Notes: generated by a model not told the origin, from the letters alone. Shown: positions 19,640 through 28,129, counted from the stretch's first letter. The stretch is DNA of 64,000 bases from an uncultured Acidimicrobiaceae bacterium (GCA_963803025.1 CAWDKZ010000013.1:148831-212830), one strand, 5' to 3'. A program made the numbers and translations.

Positions 19640-20656
19640 ATGGGCTTTGTGACCCCGGCCCAGCGCTACGACGTGATCAGCGTCGGCGACGTGGCGACCG
19701 ACCTGTTCATCCGGCTGTCCGACAGCCGGGTGGGAAGGCGCGTCGACGAGCGGGGGACGTGGCTCGAGTTCCCGCTCGGCGCCAAGATTCCCTACGAGAA
19801 GGCGACGACCGTCGAGGCCGGCGGGAGCGCTGCCAACGCGGCCGTGGCTTTCGCGCGCCTCGGCCTCCGGGTCGCGCTGGCGAGTTTCCTCGCCCACGAC
19901 GAGCTCGGGCGCGACCTGCTCGGGGCGCTGCACACCGAGCGCGTCGACACGCGCCTCGTGCATGTCGACTCGCCCGCCCACACGAACCGCAATTTTGTGC
20001 TGTCGCTGCACGGCGAGCGGACGCTTCTCGTCCGGCACGAACGGTTCGACTACCACTGGCCCCATCTCCGGCCGAGTGAGGTGCCGAGCTGGCTGTACCT
20101 CACCTCGCTCGGATCGCACGCCCTCGACTACCAGGACCAGATTGCCGATTGGCTCGAGGAGAACCCCGCCGTCCGGATGGCGTTCCAACCCGGCACGTTC
20201 CAGGTCGAGGAGGGGGTTGGCCGCCTCGCGCGTCTCTACCGGCGCGCGGAGGTGCTCGTCTGCGACCATGCCCAGGCCGTCGTGATCACGGGCGGTCACG
20301 TCGACGATCCCGTCGAGCTGCTCGATCCGCTGCTGAAGCTCGGCCCACAGCAGGTCGTCGTGCTCGACGAGACGGGTGGTGCCGTCGCGAGCGACGGCAG
20401 CCAGCGGTACGCCGTCCCGCCGTTTCCCGACTCGAGCGCGCCCCTCGATCGCACCGGGGCTGAGGACGCCTTCGCGGCGACGCTGGTCGCAGCGCTCGTC
20501 CGGGGGTCGCCGTTCGCCGAAGCCTTGCTCTGGCCGCCGGTGAACTTCATGAGCGTCTCGCACGAACTCGGATCACAGGCCGGCCTGCTGCACGAAGAGC
20601 AGCTGCTCGAACACCTCGGCGAGGCGGGCGGCGCCTTCTCCGTGCGTCGCTGCTGA
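19640..20656 (+). CDS. PfkB-family carbohydrate kinase
   Basis: VISVGDVATDLF, GGSAANAAVAFARLG, C-terminal DRTGAEDAFAATLVAALV. Confidence 0.8.
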   Translation: MGFVTPAQRYDVISVGDVATDLFIRLSDSRVGRRVDERGTWLEFPLGAKIPYEKATTVEAGGSAANAAVAFARLGLRVALASFLAHDELGRDLLGALHTERVDTRLVHVDSPAHTNRNFVLSLHGERTLLVRHERFDYHWPHLRPSEVPSWLYLTSLGSHALDYQDQIADWLEENPAVRMAFQPGTFQVEEGVGRLARLYRRAEVLVCDHAQAVVITGGHVDDPVELLDPLLKLGPQQVVVLDETGGAVASDGSQRYAVPPFPDSSAPLDRTGAEDAFAATLVAALVRGSPFAEALLWPPVNFMSVSHELGSQAGLLHEEQLLEHLGEAGGAFSVRRC

Positions 20657-20812
20657 CGCGCTCGGCGATCGTCGCGAGACGGCCGTGGCGGGCGCGGGTG
20701 CCTGAGTTGCTGACCGGTTAGAGGCCAAACGGGGCCCTGGGTGCGGCTGCGACGTTCTTGCAGCATTACCCTAGTTGCATCGAATTCGCATTTGGCTAAC
20801 CTGGGCGGCGGG

Positions 20813-21982
20813 ATGGACGAATCCGTTGAGATGAACGTGGGACATGATCGGCCGTCGGCGCGCGAGCCGCTCAGCGCGGCGGAATGGCGCCGAGTGGGCG
20901 GCATGACGCTTGTCGTCGCGCTCTTCCATGCGCTCGGCTGGGGGGTCTTCGTCTTCGCGATCCTCCCGGCGCATTACAAGCTGCTCGGGTTCGGGGTCGC
21001 GGTCACGGCGTACACGCTCGGTTTGCGCCACGCCTTCGACGCCGACCACATCTCGGCGATCGACAACACGACCCGCAAGCTCATGGCCGAGGGCAAACGA
21101 CCGCTCAGTGTCGGGTTCTTTTTCTCGCTCGGCCACTCTTCGATCGTCGTCGCACTCGGCGTCGCGTTGACGATCGCCACCAAGGGCGTCTTTCACGCGG
21201 TGCGGGACCCACACTCGGCCCTGCAGAGTTTCGGCGGGGTGTTCGGGACGGCGATCTCCGGCTCGTTCCTCTACCTCATCGCGGCGATCAACGTCGTCAT
21301 CCTCGTCGGGATCACGAGGATCTTCTTCGCCATGAGGCGCGGCATCTACGAGGAGGACGAGCTCGAGAACCAGCTCCAGGCGCGCGGCTTCATGTTCCGG
21401 ATCCTCGGGAAGCGTCTCGGTGCGATCACGAAGCCCTGGCAGATGTACCCCGTCGGCGTCCTGTTCGGACTGGGTTTCGACACGGCGACGGAGGTCGCGC
21501 TCCTCGCTGCGACGGCAGGGGCCGCCGAGTCGTCGCTGCCGTGGTACGCGGTGATGGCGCTGCCGGTGCTCTTCACCGCCGGGATGACCCTTCTCGACAC
21601 GGTCGACGGCTCGTTCATGAACTTCGCCTACGGTTGGGCCTTCGCCCAACCCGTCCGGAAGGTGTACTACAACCTCGCGATCACGGGACTCTCGGTCGCG
21701 GTGGCCTTCGTCGTGGGCACGATCGAGATCCTCGGGCTCGTCTCGAGCGAGCTCCGCCTCGGCGGTTTCTGGGGCTCCTTCGCCGGGTTCAACATCAACA
21801 TCGCCGGGTTCGTCATCGCCGGGATGTTCGTCGTCGTCTGGGTCGCGGCGCTGGCCATTTGGCGCTTCGGGCACATCGAGCAGCGGTGGGAGTCCGCGGC
21901 CGCGGCGCAGCGGGCCCTGCGGGGCGAGCTCGTCCTGCAACCGGCCTACCGCGACCCCGATCAGGTGACCGCGGGCGGCTAG
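20813..21982 (+). CDS. NiCoT (HoxN/HupN/NixA) family nickel/cobalt permease
   Basis: Signature LGLRHAFDADHISAIDNTTRKL and FFFSLGHSSIVV. The start at ATG 20813 is chosen over the track start at 20741. Confidence 0.9.
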   Translation: MDESVEMNVGHDRPSAREPLSAAEWRRVGGMTLVVALFHALGWGVFVFAILPAHYKLLGFGVAVTAYTLGLRHAFDADHISAIDNTTRKLMAEGKRPLSVGFFFSLGHSSIVVALGVALTIATKGVFHAVRDPHSALQSFGGVFGTAISGSFLYLIAAINVVILVGITRIFFAMRRGIYEEDELENQLQARGFMFRILGKRLGAITKPWQMYPVGVLFGLGFDTATEVALLAATAGAAESSLPWYAVMALPVLFTAGMTLLDTVDGSFMNFAYGWAFAQPVRKVYYNLAITGLSVAVAFVVGTIEILGLVSSELRLGGFWGSFAGFNINIAGFVIAGMFVVVWVAALAIWRFGHIEQRWESAAAAQRALRGELVLQPAYRDPDQVTAGG

Positions 21983-22428
21983 CCGGTCGCCCGGGCGCAG
22001 GACGAACACCGTCCGACGAGTTCGAGACGGTGGTCCGCGACGTCGATTCCGTTCGCCTCGGCGATCGCGCGGGCCGTCTCGGCGAGCGCCACCTCGCAGC
22101 GGGCCGAGCTCGTCGCGTCGATGACTAGGCCGCACGCGCTGCACACGGCGTCGTGGTGGTGCCCGCTCACCTCCTCGACGAGCCCGAAGCGCCCGGGGAT
22201 CGCCGTCCCGTTGAGGCGCCGCACCTCACCGGTTTCGCCGGGGATGGCGAGGCTGCGAGAGGCAGTGCTGACCGGCGGCGTCGTGCTTGGCGTGTCGCTT
22301 TCAGTATCACTCGGTGCGGTTTTCGCGGTCTGTGCGGTCGACCTGCTCGTCACCGTGCTGATCGTTTCGCGCGTGCGACGCGAACAATCTCGAACTTCTC
22401 GACGACGGGCCCATGAAATGGACGACAC
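21979..22428 (-). CDS. Fur-family-like protein with atypical S/T-rich N-terminal region
   Basis: The C-terminal 85 aa are Fur-like (GEVRRLNG...GHHHDAVCSACGLVID...HRLELVGRCSSC). The N-terminal 65 aa show no clear winged helix. The stop overlaps the NiCoT stop in a CTAG. Confidence 0.5.
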   Translation of the reverse strand: MSSISWARRREVRDCSRRTRETISTVTSRSTAQTAKTAPSDTESDTPSTTPPVSTASRSLAIPGETGEVRRLNGTAIPGRFGLVEEVSGHHHDAVCSACGLVIDATSSARCEVALAETARAIAEANGIDVADHRLELVGRCSSCARATG

Positions 22429-22764
22429 GCGACGTCACTATGCCGTGCCAGAGGACACGCGAACGACTGACGCGTGGCTTCGTGCAGCCGTCGAGCAGAA
22501 GGAGGCACCTACCGGCTGCCGAACGTATCGTTGGCAGCACCGTCGCGAAGAAGAACATCGCTGCGAAGGGCATTTCCTGGGTGTCGGAGACCGGACCTAA
22601 GCCCACACCCTGAGGCGTTCTGCCGGCGATCCACTCGCGAATAGCCGGAGTTCTGGGGGGAAGCGTTTGTTGTGTCACCCCGAGGGCCAAAGACCGGGGC
22701 TTGAGACAGACGGATGCTCTGCACCCGTGCTTCCCCTGCCCAGCGATGGGCCAAGAGGGACGCG
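22429..22764. other. Structured noncoding region (candidate leader or small RNA, class unknown)
   Basis: No credible ORF in any frame. Nested helices: 22657-22664/22729-22736 (8 bp) encloses 22678-22682/22695-22699 and 22710-22713/22725-22728. Further hairpins at 22623-22648 and 22579-22610. Confidence 0.35.
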
Positions 22765-23247
22765 CTACGACTCACACCCTCCCGTTCCATTGCACGCGTG
22801 GGTCTCACTACCCGGCTGGGGTTGCCTCGTCATGCAGTTCGTACACGTTCCGATGATCTCGATGGTGTGGGTCGTGCCGCCAAAGCCGTTTTCCGTGGCA
22901 ATGCGGGTCGCCCACCGCTCGACCTCTGCGTCTTCGACTTCCACTGTCGTGCCACATTCCCGACACACGAGGTGGTGGTGGTGGTGTTCGGAGCCACAGC
23001 GGCGGTAGAGCGTTTCTCCGTCATTTGAGCGCAGGACGTCGACCTCGCCAGCTACCGCCAGAGCGCGCAGCTGGTTATAGATCGTTGTGAGTCCGACGTT
23101 TTCACCTCGGGACCGAAGTTGTGTGAACAGCTCCTGGGCAGACTGAAAGGAATCGGAGCCTTCGAGAATCCCAGCGAGCGCACGCTTTTGGCGGGTCAAT
23201 CGTTCCCGAGGTGCCCTGGGAGCCACTTCTTCGATCCCCCCGGTCAT
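22765..23247 (-). CDS. zur: Fur-family zinc uptake regulator
   Basis: LTTIYNQLRALAVAGEV, HHHHHLVCRECG, GTCTNC. ATGA-coupled to an ArsR/SmtB gene and divergent from a metal ABC importer. Confidence 0.8.
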   Translation of the reverse strand: MTGGIEEVAPRAPRERLTRQKRALAGILEGSDSFQSAQELFTQLRSRGENVGLTTIYNQLRALAVAGEVDVLRSNDGETLYRRCGSEHHHHHLVCRECGTTVEVEDAEVERWATRIATENGFGGTTHTIEIIGTCTNCMTRQPQPGSETHACNGTGGCES

Positions 23248-23564
23248 CGCTCCTCCTCCCTCAGGGCGTGATGCATCGCGTCGTCGACGAGGTGACCGAT
23301 GCGGTCATCTGCCAGTTGGTAGGTGATCTCCGTTCCCACGCGGGTCGTGATGACGAGCCCGGCGTCCCGGAGGATCTTCAAATGCTGTGAGAGCAACGGC
23401 TGACTGACCTCACGGTCATGGGCACGCAGAGCGGCCTGCAGTTCACGCACACACCGTGGAGCGATTCCCAGCTCGACAACCACTGCCAGGCGCACCTCGG
23501 CGGCTAGTGCCTTGAGAAGCTCCACGGCGTCTATCAGGGCGTCACGACGGGCGGTCTGCAGCAC
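23244..23564 (-). CDS. ArsR/SmtB-family metalloregulator
   Basis: LKALAAEVRLAVVVEL...CVRELQAAL...VSQPLLSQHLKILRDAGLV. Arranged as in the mycobacterial smtB-zur operon. Confidence 0.8.
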   Translation of the reverse strand: MLQTARRDALIDAVELLKALAAEVRLAVVVELGIAPRCVRELQAALRAHDREVSQPLLSQHLKILRDAGLVITTRVGTEITYQLADDRIGHLVDDAMHHALREEER

Positions 23565-23593
23565 GTCATAACATTAGCACATGTTTATATAAG

Positions 23594-23607
23594 GACATCG
23601 CGATGTC
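23594..23607. promoter_or_regulatory. Perfect 14-bp palindrome GACATCGCGATGTC in the AT-rich divergent promoter region
   Basis: Read directly. It is flanked by the imperfect inverted repeat ATAACAT-n6-ATGTTTAT (23568-23590). Candidate Zur/SmtB operators. Confidence 0.45.
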
Positions 23608-23728
23608 ACTAGTTGTAACGGTTCCTATTGCTGTTAGCATACTGACGAGCGGTCGAATCCGCTCTTCCAAACCTAAGGGCGGCGGCTAGGTCGGTCGTAC
23701 GGCGCTATCTGAACGGGGGCAATGTTCC

Positions 23729-24673
23729 ATGGGCGCACGGCAGAGGATCCGACGAGGCGCGGGGGTGGGGGTGCTTGCCGTGGCAGTGGTAGTCACGCTC
23801 GTCGGATTCGGCGCGCGCCCAACGGCAAGCGGAGGTTCGACGAGGGGGAAGATTGTCGTCGTTGCGGCAGAGAACGAATACGGCAATGTCGCTTTGCAGA
23901 TCGGTGGGAAGTACGTCGCCGTCGACTCCATCGAAAGCAATCCCAACACGGACCCACACACGTACGAGGTCTCGCCCGGAGTCGCTCAGGCTGTCAGCTC
24001 CGCCCAGGTCGTCATCCAGAACGGGATTGGCTACGACGACTTCATGACCAAGATCGAATCGGCCTCACCGAACAGGAAGCGATACGTCATCGACGTGCAG
24101 CACCTCCTGGGCCTCCCGGATAGCACGCCCAACCCGCACCTTTGGTACAACCCGATCACGATGCCAGCTGTCGCAGACAAGCTTGCGGCCGACTTTTCCT
24201 CGCTCGACCCGGCGCACTCCGCCAATTTCAAGGGCAACGCCGCGACGTTCATCGCGTCGCTCCATCCGTGGCTCGAGACGATCGCGAAGTTCAAGGCGAC
24301 GTACCCGAACACGCCCGTCGCAACGACAGAGCCTGTGGCCGATTACATGCTTGAAGCAGCCGGTACCAAGAACATGACGCCGTTCACCTTGCAAGCGGAC
24401 ATCATGAACGGCGTTGACCCGTCGCCACAGGACGTCACTACCCAGGAGAACCTGTTCTCGCAGCGCAAAGTCAAGGTCTTCGTATACAACCAACAGGTGA
24501 CGGATTCACTTACCCAGAGCTTCATAGCTGATGCTCACAACGCGGATATTCCCGTCATCGGGGTCTACGAGACGATGCCAGTGCCGGGCTACAACTACCA
24601 GTCGTGGATGCTTGCGGAGGTGACCGCATTGGAAAAAGCCGTGGCCGACCACGTTTCAACGACCCGCCTGTAG
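23729..24673 (+). CDS. ZnuA/TroA-family metal-binding lipoprotein or periplasmic component
   Basis: Signal-like N-terminus. NPNTDPHTYEVSP and NPHLWYNP metal-site motifs typical of cluster A-I binding proteins. Confidence 0.85.
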   Translation: MGARQRIRRGAGVGVLAVAVVVTLVGFGARPTASGGSTRGKIVVVAAENEYGNVALQIGGKYVAVDSIESNPNTDPHTYEVSPGVAQAVSSAQVVIQNGIGYDDFMTKIESASPNRKRYVIDVQHLLGLPDSTPNPHLWYNPITMPAVADKLAADFSSLDPAHSANFKGNAATFIASLHPWLETIAKFKATYPNTPVATTEPVADYMLEAAGTKNMTPFTLQADIMNGVDPSPQDVTTQENLFSQRKVKVFVYNQQVTDSLTQSFIADAHNADIPVIGVYETMPVPGYNYQSWMLAEVTALEKAVADHVSTTRL

Positions 24674-24675
24674 CC

Positions 24676-25512
24676 ATGGCGGGCACAACCGGGAGCAGCT
24701 CGTCGGAGATTCTCGCAGTCGAGGACGTCAGTGTTTCCTTTTCAGGTCGGGAGATCCTCCGTGACGTCAGCTTCCGATGCGAAGCGGGAGAGTTCATCGG
24801 ACTGATCGGTTCGAACGGAGCAGGTAAGACGACGCTCTTGCGGGTCATCATGGGCCTGGTCGCACCGACGTCTGGCACCGTCCGAGTGGCAGGAAAAGCC
24901 CGGTCGAGTCGGGATCCGCTCATTGGCTACGTGCCGCAGAAGATAGGACTCGATCCCGATATGCCCATCCGAGCTCGGGACCTCGTCGGGCTCGGGATCG
25001 ACGGCCATCGTTTCGGGATGCCGCGACCGACAGCGAAACGCAATGCCCTCATCGACGCGATGCTCGACGCAGTCGACGCAAGCCGCTTCGCGGATGCCCG
25101 GGTGGGCAACCTCTCGGGTGGTGAGCAACAGCGCATCATGATCGCCCACGCCCTCATCAGCCGGCCCAGACTCCTCTTGCTCGACGAGCCGCTGGCGAAC
25201 CTCGACATCAAGGGCGAACAGGAGGTCGTGCGCCTGGTCGCGCGCGTCGCCGCAGAGCAGAACGTCGCTGTTCTCTTGGCGGCTCATGGCATGAATCCCC
25301 TCCTGCCCGTGATGGACCGGGTCGTCTACATCGCGGGAGGCAGGGTTGCGAGCGGCAGCGCGGAGGATGTTGTCACCACGGAATCCCTGAGTCGGCTCTA
25401 CGGACGTCACGTTGACGTCATCAAGGTGCACGACCGGGTCCTCGTCGTTGCCGGCCGCGAGGACGAGGGGCTCCACCATCCAGAATCGACCGCTCGCGCG
25501 GGGTTGGCGTGA
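24676..25512 (+). CDS. Metal ABC transporter ATP-binding protein
   Basis: Walker A GSNGAGKTT, signature LSGGEQQR, Walker B LLLLDEP. The ATG at 24676 lies 2 nt after the binding-protein stop. Confidence 0.9.
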   Translation: MAGTTGSSSSEILAVEDVSVSFSGREILRDVSFRCEAGEFIGLIGSNGAGKTTLLRVIMGLVAPTSGTVRVAGKARSSRDPLIGYVPQKIGLDPDMPIRARDLVGLGIDGHRFGMPRPTAKRNALIDAMLDAVDASRFADARVGNLSGGEQQRIMIAHALISRPRLLLLDEPLANLDIKGEQEVVRLVARVAAEQNVAVLLAAHGMNPLLPVMDRVVYIAGGRVASGSAEDVVTTESLSRLYGRHVDVIKVHDRVLVVAGREDEGLHHPESTARAGLA

Positions 25513-26411
25513 TACGGGCGAGCATCGGCTCGGCGATCATCGAGCCGGGATTCTTCTCTAGCTCCCCAGTCCAGGTCGCCCTCATCGTCGGAAGTGTCGC
25601 TGCCGTCGTTTCCGGCGTCGTCGGCGTCTTCACCATCGTGCGGGGACAGTCATTCGCAGGGCATTCCCTCGCCGACACCGGAACTGCCGGAGGTTCGGTG
25701 GCGTTCCTTCTCGGCGTCAGTCCGTTGTACGGATTTATTGTCATGAACCTCATCGTGGCCGGCGTGATGGAGCTCATCGGTATTCGACGACCGAGGGGCA
25801 GAGACGTCGCCACGGGCATCGTCCTAGGGGCGGCGCTCGGGCTTGCTGCGCTCTTCCTCTACTTCGATACGACGTCGACGAGCACGACCGGGGCAACGAT
25901 TAACGTGCTGTTCGGGTCAATCTTCACCCTTCCCTCCTCGATGGTCCCGGTCATCGTCGTTCTTAGCGCTCTGGCGATCGGCGTGACGTTGTTCTTGTAT
26001 CGCCCTCTCATTCTCAGCTCTCTCAGTTCCGATCTCGCCGTTGCCCGCGGCGTCTCGCTCCGACTCGTCGGGATTGGCTTTCTCGTCGCCCTCGCACTTG
26101 CCGTATCACTTTCCGCGATAACGATCGGGGCGATCCTCTCGACTGCCCTCCTCATCGGTCCGGCCGCAACCGCCCTGCGACTCACGAAGCGAACCGGGAC
26201 CGCCGTCGTGACTGCTGCCGTCATTGGCGTTGGCGCAACGTGGCTCGGCGTCCTCCTCGCCTACGACAGCTACTACTGGACGCCATCACACCGGGGGTGG
26301 CCGGTCAGCTTTTTTGTTGTGACGGTGGTCTTTGTCTTCTACCTGGTCGTGGACTTCGCTGCCGGACATCACGCGACGGCCCGTCGCTCCGTCTCTCGAG
26401 GGGCTCTCTGA
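25509..26411 (+). CDS. Metal ABC transporter permease 1 (ZnuB/TroC type)
   Basis: Polytopic membrane protein. GTGA overlap with the ATPase gene. Confidence 0.85.
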   Translation: MIRASIGSAIIEPGFFSSSPVQVALIVGSVAAVVSGVVGVFTIVRGQSFAGHSLADTGTAGGSVAFLLGVSPLYGFIVMNLIVAGVMELIGIRRPRGRDVATGIVLGAALGLAALFLYFDTTSTSTTGATINVLFGSIFTLPSSMVPVIVVLSALAIGVTLFLYRPLILSSLSSDLAVARGVSLRLVGIGFLVALALAVSLSAITIGAILSTALLIGPAATALRLTKRTGTAVVTAAVIGVGATWLGVLLAYDSYYWTPSHRGWPVSFFVVTVVFVFYLVVDFAAGHHATARRSVSRGAL

Positions 26412-27265
26412 TGTTCTCGCAGTTCATGATCAACGCCTGGGAGGCGTCCACGATCGTCGCCGTCGTTGCAGGGGTCGTCGGATTCTTCACGGTCCTTCGC
26501 GGCTCATCGTTCGCTGCCCACGCGCTCCCGAACGGAGCGTTCGCAGGAGCCGCAGGAGCCAGTCTTATCGGCGTCAACACCATCCTCGGCCTTGGAGTCT
26601 TTTCGCTCTTCGGAGCGATCGGAATCGCGAGTCTCGGACGCAGAGCACGTCACGACGTCGCAACGGCCCTGGCCATCGTCGTGATGCTCGGACTCGGTTC
26701 TCTCTTCCTGTCGATGACGACGGAATATGCGCCCGAGATCTTCTCGTTGCTCTTCGGCGAGGTGCTGGGCGTCAGCAGCAACGAGCTGCTACCGACCGCG
26801 GCGATCGGGGCGACCTGCATCGTGGCGATCATCGTTCTCTACCGTCCGTTGCTCCTATCCTCGGTGATGCCCGACGTGGCCGAATCACGTGGAATCAAGG
26901 GACACCGGATGGAACTGGCGTTCCTCCTCGTGGTGGCGCTCGTCACCACCATGGCTGTTCCAGTGGTGGGCACACTCCTCATCTTTAGCTTGCTCATCAG
27001 TCCGGCTGCTGCTGCTCGATCCTTCACGAATACGCCGCTCACGGCGATGGGACTTTCAGTCGTCATTGCACTCGTTACCGTGTGGTCCGCTATCGCGCTT
27101 TCCTACACGTCGAGCCTGCCGATCGGGTTCTTCGTCGGGGCCATCGGCGCCGTGACCTATGCCATCAGTCGAGGTTGGGCTGCGCAGCGGCACAGCCGCC
27201 GAACGTCGCCGGGGACCCGACATCGGGGATCCGCTGTGCACGCTCTGGTCGAAGCGTCGGACTGA
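26411..27265 (+). CDS. Metal ABC transporter permease 2 (ZnuB/TroD type)
   Basis: MFSQFMINAWEASTIVAVVAGVVGFF... is paralogous to permease 1. The start overlaps the previous stop (TGATG). Confidence 0.85.
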   Translation: MFSQFMINAWEASTIVAVVAGVVGFFTVLRGSSFAAHALPNGAFAGAAGASLIGVNTILGLGVFSLFGAIGIASLGRRARHDVATALAIVVMLGLGSLFLSMTTEYAPEIFSLLFGEVLGVSSNELLPTAAIGATCIVAIIVLYRPLLLSSVMPDVAESRGIKGHRMELAFLLVVALVTTMAVPVVGTLLIFSLLISPAAAARSFTNTPLTAMGLSVVIALVTVWSAIALSYTSSLPIGFFVGAIGAVTYAISRGWAAQRHSRRTSPGTRHRGSAVHALVEASD

Positions 27266-27280
27266 TGGACGGGACCCGCT

Positions 27281-27298
27281 AAGCACGAAGGCGTGCTT
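27281..27298 (+). terminator. Stem-loop AAGCACG-aagg-CGTGCTT after the permease operon
   Basis: Perfect 7-bp stem with a 4-nt loop, 16 nt after the stop. Only a weak T tract follows (gtcgcgttt). Confidence 0.4.
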
Positions 27299-27559
27299 GT
27301 CGCGTTTCCCCTGCCGGCACCTCGGTTGGTAGTTGTCAAGTTCGGCAACTCGTCAACGAGCAAGACACGCGGTGAGATGGACCGCTTCCACGCTTCACCC
27401 TTCGCTTCGTCGAGGTGAGACGCTGGGATGATGAAGCAGTTCTGAAGACCGAGATTGAGGTTTGGTTCAGTCGCTGGTTAGCAAGACGCAGTTACTGACA
27501 ACGTATTCCTTAGGTGCTTCGACGATCGCCTCGGCCCGAGATGGTTCCACGTCTCGATA

Positions 27560-28100
27560 CTCGGTGAGCAGGTCCGTGGGCGTGGCACCGTCCTCGCCTT
27601 CTCGTTCCGACGCCTTTCCCCCTCGCTCTTCACGGAGAACTCGATCGACGCGTTCGCCCTGTTGTTCGGTCAGATTACCGGCGAGACGACCTGGGACCTC
27701 ATCGTCACCGTCGCGCCGAGCGCGATCGCGCTCGGCGCGATTGCCGCCGTGCACAGGCCGTTGCTGTTCGCACGGTCGAGGAGGTCCTGGCCGAGGCGTG
27801 TCGCGTATCGATGAGAACTTCGCCGGCTGGGTTCACGCTCGTTCTCGCCTTCGCCGTGCCGACGGCGGTGGAGGTGATCGGGGTGGTTTGGATCTGCGCC
27901 CTGCTCGTGACGCCGGCCGCGGTCGCCGAGCGTCTGACGCGCCGACCGGGTGCGGCTGTTGCGTGCGCGTCGGGCGCGCGGCGCCGTTCGTGTGGGCGGG
28001 GCTCGCACTCGCCAACTGCCACCCGCACCAGCCGGGCTTCTTCGTCGTGGGACTCACCTTCGTGGCCTCCGTCGCCGTACGGATCGTGCCGAGCACGCGG
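27560..28100 (+). pseudogene. Decayed third ZnuB-type permease, lacking its N-terminus and spread over three frames
   Basis: Three segments lie in different frames: SIDAFALLFGQITGETTWDLIVTVAPSAIALGAIAAVHRPLLFA, then GFTLVLAFAVPTAVEVIGVVWICALLVTPAAVAERLTRRPG, then FVWAGLALAN...GFFVVGLTFVASVAVRIV. Each parallels the two intact permeases. Confidence 0.6.
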
Positions 28101-28129
28101 ACGTGGTCGCGACGCGGTCTAATAGAGCA

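Noticed and set aside
22579-22597. B12-box-like sequence GGTGTCGGAGACCGGACC suggesting a cobalamin riboswitch
   Set aside because: The other conserved cobalamin-riboswitch elements I remember (GCCACTG, the GGGAA...GGTG...TCC core in the right order) are not present on that strand. No plus-strand gene follows it.
22497-22613. Small plus-strand ORF behind the strong AGAAGGAGG site
   Set aside because: No ATG, GTG or TTG lies within a usable distance of the SD-like site. The translation (…IVGSTVAKKNIAAKGISWVSETGPKPTP) matches nothing I recognise.
22638-22660. Minus-strand CAGAACTCCGGCTATTCG resembling the 3' P4 strand of RNase P RNA
   Set aside because: The partner GAGGAAAGTCCGGGC element is absent. 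A full-length RNase P RNA would have to overlap the clearly coding zur gene.
17129-23695. 13-nt identity CGGCTAGGTCGGT shared by the IS left junction (17129-17141) and the metal-importer upstream region (23683-23695)
   Set aside because: Matches of this length are expected by chance many times among all position pairs in 64 kb, and there is no extended similarity around them.
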